Assembly: GCA_964612055.1 (NCBI GenBank)
Contig: CAZTBI010000001.1
Location: 156,246-220,245 of the forward strand
Reading direction: 5' to 3'
DNA: 64,000 nucleotides
DNA from: an uncultured Bdellovibrionales bacterium
GTDB lineage: Bacteria > Patescibacteriota > Minisyncoccia > Moranbacterales > UBA1568
Shown here piece after piece: positions 26,963 to 35,944 of this stretch. The notes beneath the pieces were generated by a model. The model was not told the DNA's origin and searched no databases. It saw nothing but the letters and a program-made list of their open reading frames with translations. Position numbers and translations under genes: made by a program. The number at the start of each line of letters is the position of its first letter. Position 1 is the first letter of the stretch.

Positions 26963-28126
26963 ATGAAGATCCTCTATTTGAACTATGAATACCCGCCGCT
27001 CGGTGGTGGGGCGGCAAATGCTACGGCGCAGATTCTCCAGGAGTTTGTCCATATGGATGACATGGAAGTCCATCTGGTGACTTCAGCTGCTGGTAAGGAA
27101 GCTGAGCATTTTCTCTTGGGTGGAAAGGTTCATATTCATCGTCTCCCGATTGGCAAAGATCCGAATAAGCTCCATTCTCAGTCGCTTCGCGACATCATCG
27201 TTTATAGTGCGAAGGCGCTCTTTTTTTCGTGGCAACTTATCCGTCGTGAGAAAGGATTTGATGCGACGCTTGCTTTCTTTGGGGTGCCATGCGGTTTCTT
27301 AGCCTATATTTTGAAACTGTGTTTTGGCATTCCCTATGTGGTAGCACTTCGTGGTTCGGATGTCCCAGGGTATAGCAACAAGTACAATCATCTGTATTTC
27401 TTTCTCACGCCCTTAGTCAGTTTCGTGTGGAAACATTCGGCTGCTGTGGTAGCGAATAGCAAAGGACTACGAGATTTGGCGCTGACTGTTTCTCCGAAGC
27501 AACCGCTGGAAGTTATTGGAAACGGTGTTGATACCAAACGTTTTGCTCCAGACTCTACCCATCGTCCAGCCAATGAATTTATTGTCACCCCTGGCGCTTC
27601 CCGAGTGACGAGTCGCAAAGGCCTGAAGTATCTCATCGAAGCTATACAAGAACTAGCGCCACGCTTTCCGCAGCTTCGTCTCAAAATTATGGGGGATAGC
27701 GATGGCAACGAACGAGCTATGCTGGAAGCATTAGTACGAGAGGGGAATATCAGTGACCGCGTAGAGTTTATCGGTCGTGTCCCACGCGAAGAAACCACTC
27801 GTTACTATCAAGAAGCCTCTCTCTTTGTTCTCCCATCGTTGAATGAAGGGATGAGTAATGCCATGCTCGAAGCGCTCGCTTGTGGTCTGCCGATCATCAT
27901 GACGCCGACTGGTGGCGCAGAAGAACTTATCCAAGAAGGAAAGAACGGAATCATTGTACCATTTGAATCAAACAAAGACATTGCGGCTGCTATGGAAAAG
28001 TTTTTGACTAATCCAGAAAAAGTGCAGAGTTTCGGAGCGGCCAGTCGAGAAATTGCTGAAGCAAATGATTGGAGAAAAGTTGCCGAGCGTTTCAAGATGG
28101 TATTGGAACGAGCAAGCAAGAAATAA
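26963..28126 (+). CDS. glycosyltransferase family 1 (GT4)
   Basis: MKILYLNYEYPPLGGGAANA GT4 N-terminus; C-terminal FVLPSLNEGMSNAMLEALACGLPII (EX7E). Confidence 0.8.
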   Translation: MKILYLNYEYPPLGGGAANATAQILQEFVHMDDMEVHLVTSAAGKEAEHFLLGGKVHIHRLPIGKDPNKLHSQSLRDIIVYSAKALFFSWQLIRREKGFDATLAFFGVPCGFLAYILKLCFGIPYVVALRGSDVPGYSNKYNHLYFFLTPLVSFVWKHSAAVVANSKGLRDLALTVSPKQPLEVIGNGVDTKRFAPDSTHRPANEFIVTPGASRVTSRKGLKYLIEAIQELAPRFPQLRLKIMGDSDGNERAMLEALVREGNISDRVEFIGRVPREETTRYYQEASLFVLPSLNEGMSNAMLEALACGLPIIMTPTGGAEELIQEGKNGIIVPFESNKDIAAAMEKFLTNPEKVQSFGAASREIAEANDWRKVAERFKMVLERASKK

Positions 28127-28128
28127 AC

Positions 28129-29061
28129 ATGAAAAAAACCCTCTTCACCGTTGGAAAGATTGTCGTGACACTCGGTCTCGTTTTTTGGTTGATTGAAAGA
28201 GTCGATTGGAATGGAGTATGGCTGGAACTTGCTGAAGTATCGTTGCCGCTGCTTTTTTTGTATGTGATTCTGCAGCTTGTAGGCAATCTCATTTCGGCTC
28301 GAAAGTGGCAGATTATTGCCAGTTACAAAGAGCTTCATTTCAGTCTCCGGGAGGGGTTCTTTACCTATATGACCGGAGCGTTTATCAACAATTTCCTGCC
28401 CTCAACCATCGGTGGTGACACCTATCGGGGCCTGTGGCTCGCCAAACGCTCAAAAGCGCGTGCCGCAGCCATTTCTACGGTGGTTTTTGATAGGTTTATC
28501 GGTTTGTGGACAACGGCCCTCCTAGGGCTAATTTTTAGCTTTTCCCTATGGCCCTATTTGGACCAGAGCGTCCCGCTTTTCGTGACACTTCTAGCGTTGT
28601 TTGGTTTCCTGGTGGTGGACCTGATTGTGACGTATCTTTATTGCCGCCCATGGTTTCAGGCTTTTGTAGCGCGACTGCCTTTTTTCAAGATCCGACGTCT
28701 GCTGGAAGAGGTTATTTTTTATACCAAAAAACACATCTGGTCACGGACGAGTTCCTGGTCAGCGTTATTTATTTTCGTTGGCATCGGACTTTCCAATTAC
28801 GCACTCTTTCATGCGCTCGGAAATAATATCGCCTTCCTACCATTTTTTGCTGCCATCTTATTGGTAGCCGTGGTGTCGAGTATCCCGGTATCGATCAACA
28901 ACATCGGTATCAAAGAGTGGGCCTATGTGGCTTTTTTCGGTCTCATTGGTGTGTCAGTGGAGACAGCAGTGACCGCCGCGCTTCTCTCGCGCTTTATCCA
29001 AATGATTCTTTCGTTTATTGCTTTGCCGCAGTACTTGAGTACGCGAGGAAAGGAAGAGTAG
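28129..29061 (+). CDS. flippase-like UPF0104 (lysylphosphatidylglycerol-synthase TM domain family) membrane protein
   Basis: 8 TM; conserved GGDTYRGLWL motif; ATG 28129 preferred; this family commonly accompanies GT2/GT4 genes. Confidence 0.65.
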   Translation: MKKTLFTVGKIVVTLGLVFWLIERVDWNGVWLELAEVSLPLLFLYVILQLVGNLISARKWQIIASYKELHFSLREGFFTYMTGAFINNFLPSTIGGDTYRGLWLAKRSKARAAAISTVVFDRFIGLWTTALLGLIFSFSLWPYLDQSVPLFVTLLALFGFLVVDLIVTYLYCRPWFQAFVARLPFFKIRRLLEEVIFYTKKHIWSRTSSWSALFIFVGIGLSNYALFHALGNNIAFLPFFAAILLVAVVSSIPVSINNIGIKEWAYVAFFGLIGVSVETAVTAALLSRFIQMILSFIALPQYLSTRGKEE

Positions 29062-29064
29062 CAA

Positions 29065-31335
29065 TTACTCTTCGAACTTGAAAACTTTGACGTAGTGGCT
29101 CGAACGGCCATTGATATCGATTTCGTAGACTGGGTCGGTGCGATCATAGTACTGATCGAAACGAATGATGTCGGGGCGATTGTTGGCAATGTCGCCACCC
29201 ATCATTTTTCCGGTGCGGCTCTTGCGACCAGCTGAGGTGACAATGTAGTCGAGTCCACGCTCTCGCAGTTGGGTGTAGTTCTGCGCGCTGGAACAACGGC
29301 CGACAAAGAACTTACAGACACCATCCTTGTCTGTCCAAACAAGCATACTCGGAGCATCAGGTAAGCTATTCAAATACTGCGCGGCTTCGTAACTTCCAGG
29401 ACCCATATCTTTCACATCGATATGGTATTTGGCTGGGAGGAAAACGTTGGCGTAGCTTAGAGGGAAGGGTGTGATAAAGAGGGTAAAGAGACCAAGAGTA
29501 GCGACGATACTCCCTGCAATGACCGGAGTCGGAGTATCAGCCACTTTCAATTTCTTGTGGACGAATACGAGAGCATGTTCGATGGTGATACCGGCGATGA
29601 TCGCCGCAAAAGGGAAGAGGATAATCTGATAACGGACAATAGCGCCGACGTTGTTCACAGTGGTGCCGACGTAGTAGAGGAGAATAAAGATAACGAGATA
29701 GAAAGAGGTACGCAGAGCATTCGATTCGGAGAAGTTTTTCTTGAAGAAGAAAAAAGGAGTGAGCAGTAGAGCGAGGAAGGCGATCGGCGTGACACCAAAG
29801 ATAAGGGGGTAGAAGTTTGTCAGGAAGGCACCCAGGAAGTCGCTTTTGCCAGCAATAGTTTTCGGAGAAGCAAGAAGCTCTGAGAAGTCATAAAGACCCA
29901 TATTGCCCCAGGTATTTCCAATGGTCAGGAGCAGTGAGCCCAAGAATGTCACGGCGACGAGACTGGTAATGACCTGTTTGGTGCGACCCTCGAGGAGGGA
30001 GAGGAGCGCTCCTGTAATTCGAGATCTGTTCCACCACTGATCGATGAGAATAAAGGTGATCAGGACAACGAAGAGAGGTGCGACCTTTTCAAAGGCCTGG
30101 CTCAAAACCGTACCAGTGAGTAGCTTCTCTGGCTTCATCCAGACAGCTGGGAAAAACAGGTAGAAGGTTGAGAGGGCGGTGAAGGTGAGGAGTGCTAAGT
30201 GCTGCAATGATTTTTTCAGATGCTCCGCAAAAGATGAGAGAGCGCTTTCTTTGTGGTAGAGATATTCGAGGAAAATAAGTCCCAAGAAGAAGATAAAAAG
30301 AATATTGGAGACATATTTGGTGAGGAGTGCGAGTCCTAGGAAGATACCAGAGAAAATGAGGTAGCGGAAAGAGCGTCGTTTCAAGAAAGCGAGGTAGGAA
30401 ATGAGCGAGAGTGGCGTAAAGAGCCAGAGCAGGGAATCAGGATTGATAATCTTGCTCATTCCGATCAAGATCGGTGAGGTCGCTATGAGGACGTAGGACA
30501 GGAGTGCGTGTCTTTTCCCCAGGAGTCGTTCGAGGAAAAAGTAAAAAAGTGGGAGGAGGAGCGTGATAACAATAAGGAGTGGCAAGCGATAAGCCAGGTA
30601 GAAACTTCTGACATCGTTTCGGAGGCTGATTACTTCACCGTCAACGTGAGCGGTCTTGTAGTCCTTGGTTGTTTTGAACCACAGCCCTGGGCCAGAGGCG
30701 AGAGCTACGGTGATACCAGGCTTGTCACTGATATTCGTGCCACGCCAGTCACGTTCCCCGACATTTTTCCAGTATTTAGCAATGCGGCCATCAAACCACA
30801 GTGGTTCATCAACAGCGGCATATTCAGTGAGGCGGTACATACCGAAACTAAAGAAGAGGCCAGTGACAAAGACGATGAGCAGTAGCGTCGAGAGACCTTG
30901 AGCGCGGAACCATTCTTTTATTGAGAGGGCTTCAGAATCTTTCTTTTCAGTGAGGCGTTCTTTTGCGATGAAGAGAGCGGAGATGAGAATTCCGGAGAGG
31001 ATAGCATAACCGCCTAAAGCCAGGATAAAAATGTAGTGGAAGTTGTTTGACTCACTGATACCGTAAGAAAGAATGAGGGCTCCTGGGAGGGTAGTGAGGA
31101 GAAGGGTAGCGAGCTGTCTCTTCCAGTCGAAACCTTGGGAAAAGTAGGCGACAGCTCCAAGAGTGAGGGTGCCGAGAACAAGAAATCCAAGATAAAACAG
31201 GGTATTGCTCACTTCAAGGTCCAGGAGTGTGAGGAGGGTAATCTGTGGAGCAATAAAAAAAAGCGCACAAAGAGCGATGAGGACAGAAAGACCGGAATAA
31301 ACACGGTTTTCTGTGCTCTGGAAGAAGTTGCGCAT
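29065..31335 (-). CDS. GT-C family glycosyltransferase (ArnT/PMT-like, GT39/83)
   Basis: 756 aa polytopic; first extracytoplasmic loop AAVDEPLWFDGRIAKYW resembles DE...KPPL motif of GT39/83. Confidence 0.65.
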   Translation of the reverse strand: MRNFFQSTENRVYSGLSVLIALCALFFIAPQITLLTLLDLEVSNTLFYLGFLVLGTLTLGAVAYFSQGFDWKRQLATLLLTTLPGALILSYGISESNNFHYIFILALGGYAILSGILISALFIAKERLTEKKDSEALSIKEWFRAQGLSTLLLIVFVTGLFFSFGMYRLTEYAAVDEPLWFDGRIAKYWKNVGERDWRGTNISDKPGITVALASGPGLWFKTTKDYKTAHVDGEVISLRNDVRSFYLAYRLPLLIVITLLLPLFYFFLERLLGKRHALLSYVLIATSPILIGMSKIINPDSLLWLFTPLSLISYLAFLKRRSFRYLIFSGIFLGLALLTKYVSNILFIFFLGLIFLEYLYHKESALSSFAEHLKKSLQHLALLTFTALSTFYLFFPAVWMKPEKLLTGTVLSQAFEKVAPLFVVLITFILIDQWWNRSRITGALLSLLEGRTKQVITSLVAVTFLGSLLLTIGNTWGNMGLYDFSELLASPKTIAGKSDFLGAFLTNFYPLIFGVTPIAFLALLLTPFFFFKKNFSESNALRTSFYLVIFILLYYVGTTVNNVGAIVRYQIILFPFAAIIAGITIEHALVFVHKKLKVADTPTPVIAGSIVATLGLFTLFITPFPLSYANVFLPAKYHIDVKDMGPGSYEAAQYLNSLPDAPSMLVWTDKDGVCKFFVGRCSSAQNYTQLRERGLDYIVTSAGRKSRTGKMMGGDIANNRPDIIRFDQYYDRTDPVYEIDINGRSSHYVKVFKFEE

Positions 31336-31426
31336 AGAGTTTGCTTGGCGGTTAAAAGTGTCCTAAAATAGAAGAAAGCGTACCATTTTTCCTCTGTATT
31401 GTAAAGCAAATAAGCGAAAAAAGAAA

Positions 31427-33217
31427 GTGCAATTTTTTTCTTCAAAAAAGGCAAAAATAGGTTTGTTGATAGGCATTGTTTTGCTCGGTTTTTTTCTTCG
31501 TGCTTACAATTTCTCTCCTTGGCTTCATTTTGAATTGGATCAAGCGCGAGACGCTCGTATCGTTGATGATGGCTTGCGGGGTGATTTTTTTGACTTACCC
31601 CTTCTTGGTCCCAAAGCAGGGGGGACGACGCTGCGCTTACCACCAGCCTTTTATTACTTGCAATATCTGAGTGCCCAAATATTCGGTGGGAGTCCAGCTG
31701 GTATTGCCACACTTGGGATGTTGTTCTCCGTTTTGGCTATCCCCGTTTTCTATTTCTTCACCAGGCGATACTTTGCAACCGGCCTGGCTCTTGGTTTGAC
31801 TCTCCTCTTTTCTGTTTCCGAGTTTTTTGTCATGTACGGACGTTTTGCTTGGAATCCGAATCTGATACCCCTCTTTCTGATCTTTGGTTTTTACGCCTTA
31901 CTACGAGCAGTTGATCGGGAAGAGGAGTACAGAGAGCGTTGGTTTCTTGTGGCCGCAGGAACGCTTGCTCTTGCTATGCAGTTTCATTTTCTGGCTTTTG
32001 TTTCGATCCCAGTTATTACTGGGTTATTTCTGCTTATTCGGCGTCCGAAATTTTCTTGGCGAGCTTGGGTTGGAGCTCTGGTTCTGGCGCTTTTTCTTTA
32101 TCTCCCGATGTTTCTCAATGAAACGCAGACTCATTTTGCGAATGCTCAGGCATTTCTGGAGGCTGTCACGGATAAATCAGGAAAAAGTGATCACTCTCTT
32201 CTCGAAAAGGGGATCAGGGAATTTTCTGAACATGCTCTCTATGGAATGGTAGTGACGACGGGATTTGAGGGAGGCACGTTTCCGGTTATTGTGATTGGTA
32301 CGGAGGAAGGGACACTTATTGGTTGGGCTTGCGATGCTAGGTGTGATCTCGGGAAGTGGTATGGAGTAGCAGCAGTAGTGACTCTGGGTCTTGGAATTCT
32401 GGCACTACTCGCTCTTTTTTGGCACGAGTCGACTCGGCGGCGCTCCGATTTTCTTCTTCTTGTTATGCTCTGGCTCGCCGTGACGTTTCTTCTATTCTTG
32501 CCTTTGGCCTATGATATGGTGCCACGCTTCTTTCTTATTTCTGGACCAACTTTTTTCATCTTGATTGGACTGTTGCTTTCGTTGCTGGCAATGTTCTTGA
32601 AGAAAAACGTTGTCGTTTCTGTTGTGGTGACCACAGTTATTCTGCTTCTGGCTTTTTCTAACCTTTCTTCTCTCGGCGATCGTTTCCGAGAACTTTCTCT
32701 CGCTGGGGCAGAGGCAATAGATAGTCCGCCAGACCGTATTCTCAAAGAACGCATTCGTGTCACCCTCGAGCAGCAAGAGCACATTGTTGATTTCTTGGAG
32801 AATCGCTCCAAAGAAACTGGTTACCCAGTGTATATGTGGAGTGAACCACAGTATAGACGGGCTCTGAAGTACCTCATGGAGAAGCGCGGCATCGAAAATG
32901 CTGTTCTCGGTATTGATGGCGTATATCAAGAAGGAGTGTACTACATTATCCTACGGGCTCAATCTGATGTCGAAGATGCTCTCAAAAAATATCGAGTCAA
33001 TTATGATATCGGGGAGACAACGCGTTTTGGAACATTAGTAGCTGTGGAGTTTTTTCCAAAACCAGAGGCCATCCGTGGAATTCGTCAGAATTTTGCACTT
33101 CCCAAACCAGATGATTCTCAGGGGCTACCACGGTATACTTGGCGAGAGTTTTTTCAGAGAAGCGAGGCCTCATTGAAAGAAGGTGATGCCTCGGATGAAG
33201 TTGATGAAGCACTCTAA
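31427..33217 (+). CDS. GT-C family glycosyltransferase (ArnT/PMT-like)
   Basis: GTG start; LRAYNFSPWLHFELDQARDARIVDD loop after TM1, about 12 TM, C-terminal soluble domain. Confidence 0.65.
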   Translation: MQFFSSKKAKIGLLIGIVLLGFFLRAYNFSPWLHFELDQARDARIVDDGLRGDFFDLPLLGPKAGGTTLRLPPAFYYLQYLSAQIFGGSPAGIATLGMLFSVLAIPVFYFFTRRYFATGLALGLTLLFSVSEFFVMYGRFAWNPNLIPLFLIFGFYALLRAVDREEEYRERWFLVAAGTLALAMQFHFLAFVSIPVITGLFLLIRRPKFSWRAWVGALVLALFLYLPMFLNETQTHFANAQAFLEAVTDKSGKSDHSLLEKGIREFSEHALYGMVVTTGFEGGTFPVIVIGTEEGTLIGWACDARCDLGKWYGVAAVVTLGLGILALLALFWHESTRRRSDFLLLVMLWLAVTFLLFLPLAYDMVPRFFLISGPTFFILIGLLLSLLAMFLKKNVVVSVVVTTVILLLAFSNLSSLGDRFRELSLAGAEAIDSPPDRILKERIRVTLEQQEHIVDFLENRSKETGYPVYMWSEPQYRRALKYLMEKRGIENAVLGIDGVYQEGVYYIILRAQSDVEDALKKYRVNYDIGETTRFGTLVAVEFFPKPEAIRGIRQNFALPKPDDSQGLPRYTWREFFQRSEASLKEGDASDEVDEAL

Positions 33218-33237
33218 ATTTTAAAGGTAAAGAGACT

Positions 33238-34764
33238 ATGAACATTTCCTGGAAACAGACATGGCAAATACTGGTGGTCCTGGTTGTTCTCGGGGCAGGA
33301 ATGCGTTTGTATGGTTTAGGAAACAACTCTTTTGTCGCTGACGAGTTTTTGGACATGAATTCGAGCTATGGTTATTTCAAAACAGGGGAATGGCAGGCTT
33401 GGGATTTCAACTATGGCAAAGTAGCAGAGATGAACTTAAATGACGCTCGTGATGAACGCGCCTTTGTGTACAAAGCTCAGGTGGCAGCGCTGTTTCATAT
33501 TTTACCTCCAACTGAGACTACGGCTCGTTTGGTAAGTGTCTTGTGGGGTGTTTTCTCAATCCTTATCATGTTTTGGGCGGGGTATTTCTACACACGAAAA
33601 AAGACTGTTGGTCTGCTCGCAGCTTTTTTCTTTGCAGTGAGTATCTCTGGTATTATCTTCGATCGACGTCTCCGGATGTATGCTATGTTTTTCCCGATGT
33701 ATCTCGCTCTAGCGACCGTTCTCTTCGCCTTTTTTGAAGAGAAGTACCACGGAAAAATAGCTCTTCTAAAAAAAGCGTGGGAGCGTTTCGGTATCAACCT
33801 TCTTTATTTCGTGCCCTTGGTTTTTCTTGTTTTGCTTAATGCTTTGGTGCACGGATTGTTCCTTACGATTATTCCAGTTTTCGGTCTGTATGCTTTGGTC
33901 ATGATGATTATGCTTTGGAAGAAAGAGGGGACGCTCAAGAATAAGTATGGGATATTGGTTGGCTTGGGATTGTTGGCGGCTGTTTCCGCTATCCTCTTTT
34001 TCCCAGAACTTGTGCGCTTAGGGTTTGCAAGTATGGTGTGGTTCGATAATCACTATTCGTATGTTGGTTACATGCTTCGTGATTTTGCTCAGCCACTCCT
34101 TGGTTTGCTCGTGGTAGTGTTTGGAAGTTTTGTCCTTGGGAAGAAACTGGAGAAACCAAAAGAAGCACTCTGGCTTACCCTCTCTATGATCATTCCTCTG
34201 GCGATGGCGGTTTGGTTTTGGAAACGTAATGCTGGGCCACAGTATATTTTCTTTGCTCAGTCATTTGTGCTGCTTTTGGGAGCTATTGGAGTGTATGGGG
34301 TACTGCGTTTCGTGAGAGAGCGGTTGCCAGAATACGGTAAGAAGGGGACGTATACAGTGCTGTTACTTGCTCTTCTGCTTCTCCCAAACTACGGATATTT
34401 CTTTGAAGAAAATAATACCTATCATGAGACGTCTTCTGGCGGGAATCCAAACTACCGAAAAGTGTTTGACTACTTCAAGAAAAACAAAGAAGACGGTGAT
34501 GTACTTATTACGCGTAACTTCCGCAACTACTATTTCTCTGGAGCGAATGTCCCAGTCTATGATTTTGGTGGTGAACTTTCTACAGAGAAATTCTCTTTGG
34601 CGGAACTTGAAAAGATTGTATCCGAACACCAGCATGGTTGGGTGATCCTTTCGACCAATGACTATGACTACATCTCTCATGATGCGGAGATTTACTTTAA
34701 GAAAAATATGGAGTTAGTGAGTAACTCCCAGGTTCGTGGAGCCGTAGAAGTCTATCGTTGGTAG
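33238..34764 (+). CDS. GT-C family glycosyltransferase (ArnT/PMT-like)
   Basis: MRLYGLGNNSFVADEFLDM loop motif after TM1; polytopic; 508 aa. Confidence 0.65.
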   Translation: MNISWKQTWQILVVLVVLGAGMRLYGLGNNSFVADEFLDMNSSYGYFKTGEWQAWDFNYGKVAEMNLNDARDERAFVYKAQVAALFHILPPTETTARLVSVLWGVFSILIMFWAGYFYTRKKTVGLLAAFFFAVSISGIIFDRRLRMYAMFFPMYLALATVLFAFFEEKYHGKIALLKKAWERFGINLLYFVPLVFLVLLNALVHGLFLTIIPVFGLYALVMMIMLWKKEGTLKNKYGILVGLGLLAAVSAILFFPELVRLGFASMVWFDNHYSYVGYMLRDFAQPLLGLLVVVFGSFVLGKKLEKPKEALWLTLSMIIPLAMAVWFWKRNAGPQYIFFAQSFVLLLGAIGVYGVLRFVRERLPEYGKKGTYTVLLLALLLLPNYGYFFEENNTYHETSSGGNPNYRKVFDYFKKNKEDGDVLITRNFRNYYFSGANVPVYDFGGELSTEKFSLAELEKIVSEHQHGWVILSTNDYDYISHDAEIYFKKNMELVSNSQVRGAVEVYRW

Positions 34765-34784
34765 TGCTGATGGCTAAAAGAAAA

Positions 34785-34814
34785 GCCCGAGCGTTCACGA
34801 ATGAATGTTCGGGC
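34785..34814. terminator. stem-loop (13-bp stem, CGAA tetraloop) flanked by A-run upstream and T-run on opposite strand; candidate bidirectional terminator
   Basis: GCCCGAGCGTTCA-CGAA-TGAATGTTCGGGC; on minus strand followed by CTTTTCTTTT. Confidence 0.4.
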
Positions 34815-34832
34815 GGTTGAGTCGGTTTCGGC

Positions 34833-35000
34833 TCAGCTCACGACAAGGTGTTTGCCTGCTGCGTCTTTGAGGAGGAGGCTGTTGTGTTGCAGCTGCCTGC
34901 TCCAGGCGTCGTTCTCACGGGACAGGGAGAAGAACCACTCCATGTAGAGTTGCCATGGCCACATGAGGTCTCCGGGCGAGAACAGTGGTGCGAAGAACAT
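34833..35000 (-). CDS. unannotated 55-aa sORF (Trp-rich, hydrophobic N-terminus)
   Basis: ATG preceded by GGAGGT at 5-nt spacing; candidate -35 TTGTAA/-10 TATACT (17-nt spacer) at 35043-35071; downstream hairpin plus T-run at 34785-34814; below 60-aa cutoff of ORF track. Confidence 0.35.
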   Translation of the reverse strand: MFFAPLFSPGDLMWPWQLYMEWFFSLSRENDAWSRQLQHNSLLLKDAAGKHLVVS

Positions 35001-35200
35001 AGCTACCTCCGTACACCATTTGGTGCAAAAGTGGAGAAAACCTACTACCCCTAGTATATTCTTCTCGACAGGTGGTTACAATACACTGTCAACCCCGCAC
35101 TTTTTTCAAGATAGATCATGTTTATGTAGAGCTCTCAGATATAGCCGCCTTACGGCTCGAACAAGCCAAGTGGTGATTACTATAAAGAAATGGTGCGGGG

Positions 35201-35243
35201 TTAAGAAAAGAAAAAGCCCGGTGACCTGTGAGGGTTTACCGGG
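35201..35243 (-). terminator. rho-independent terminator after the 184-aa gene
   Basis: On minus strand CCCGGT-(loop)-ACCGGG followed by CTTTTTCTTTTC. Confidence 0.4.
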
Positions 35244-35271
35244 TTTCGTTTCGAGCGCATTGCACTCGTGT

Positions 35272-35826
35272 TCAGCTCATCTGCTGCTGCAGAGGATGAT
35301 GTGCCGCATGTTCTGCTTGGAGGCGATCAGCCAGTTCATGGGCCACCTGTCGGCGCTGTTCTTTTGGCATGGCCCCCATTGAGGCCACCATCTGGTAGAT
35401 CGTGCGGTCGTCGCTCGCCATTTGGCTGAGTTCGTCACGGTAGGATCCGGACGCTCCCCATTCCGGAAGCGGAACACGCACCGGTAGCTCATGGCGTACG
35501 TTGAGTTCTGCTTGCTGGAAGGCGCGTACCGCTTGTCTCGCCAGTTGAGACTCAGCCAGCCGAACAGTAGGGAACATCCTACTTGCTATGGTCAGCGGCC
35601 GGTGTTGCCCAAAAAAGGCTCGGATAGCTGCTGAGACATGATTCATGCGGAGCATGACTTGCTCAGGCTCGTCATTTTCCGATGTTCCGAGGAGGTCTCT
35701 CTGAAGCACTGCTTCTTGCTCGTAGCAGTAGACATTCATTTCTTGCGTCCAAGTGTTGAAAAAGGTCTCGGAGATTTCAGCCCCGAGCAGGAATGGCCCA
35801 AAAGGGGAGAAGAACCCGTTGTTCAT
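35272..35826 (-). CDS. hypothetical protein (GC-rich orphan)
   Basis: 184 aa, no recognisable motif; codon usage/GC distinct from neighbours. Confidence 0.5.
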   Translation of the reverse strand: MNNGFFSPFGPFLLGAEISETFFNTWTQEMNVYCYEQEAVLQRDLLGTSENDEPEQVMLRMNHVSAAIRAFFGQHRPLTIASRMFPTVRLAESQLARQAVRAFQQAELNVRHELPVRVPLPEWGASGSYRDELSQMASDDRTIYQMVASMGAMPKEQRRQVAHELADRLQAEHAAHHPLQQQMS

Positions 35827-35862
35827 GACTCTCTACCTCGTATTGTTTCTGCTAAAAAAGAA

Positions 35863-35882
35863 CATTTACAGCACTGTAAATG
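35863..35882. promoter_or_regulatory. perfect 9-2-9 inverted repeat CATTTACAG-CA-CTGTAAATG (candidate operator)
   Basis: Located 36 bp upstream of the 184-aa gene start; perfect dyad symmetry read directly from sequence. Confidence 0.35.
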
Positions 35883-35944
35883 CCGCTTGTACTACATTTT
35901 TAGAGTACTCTCCTAGGTCAGAAATAGCAAGTTCTGTCAAGTCC

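Noticed and set aside
25855-27017. Cluster of overlapping 60-160-aa ORFs on both strands (25855..26184 -, 25878..26135 +, 26114..26590 -, 26128..26505 +, 26541..27017 -)
   Set aside because: They overlap the three paralogous secreted-protein genes, which have signal peptides, shared motifs and conserved RBS leaders. The overlapping ORFs are artefacts of high GC content. Their products are Arg/Gly/Ser-rich and low-complexity.
29557-30901. Plus-strand ORFs inside the minus-strand GT-C gene 29065..31335
   Set aside because: The minus-strand 756-aa product has coherent TM topology and a GT-C loop motif. The plus-strand ORFs are acidic low-complexity antisense reads.
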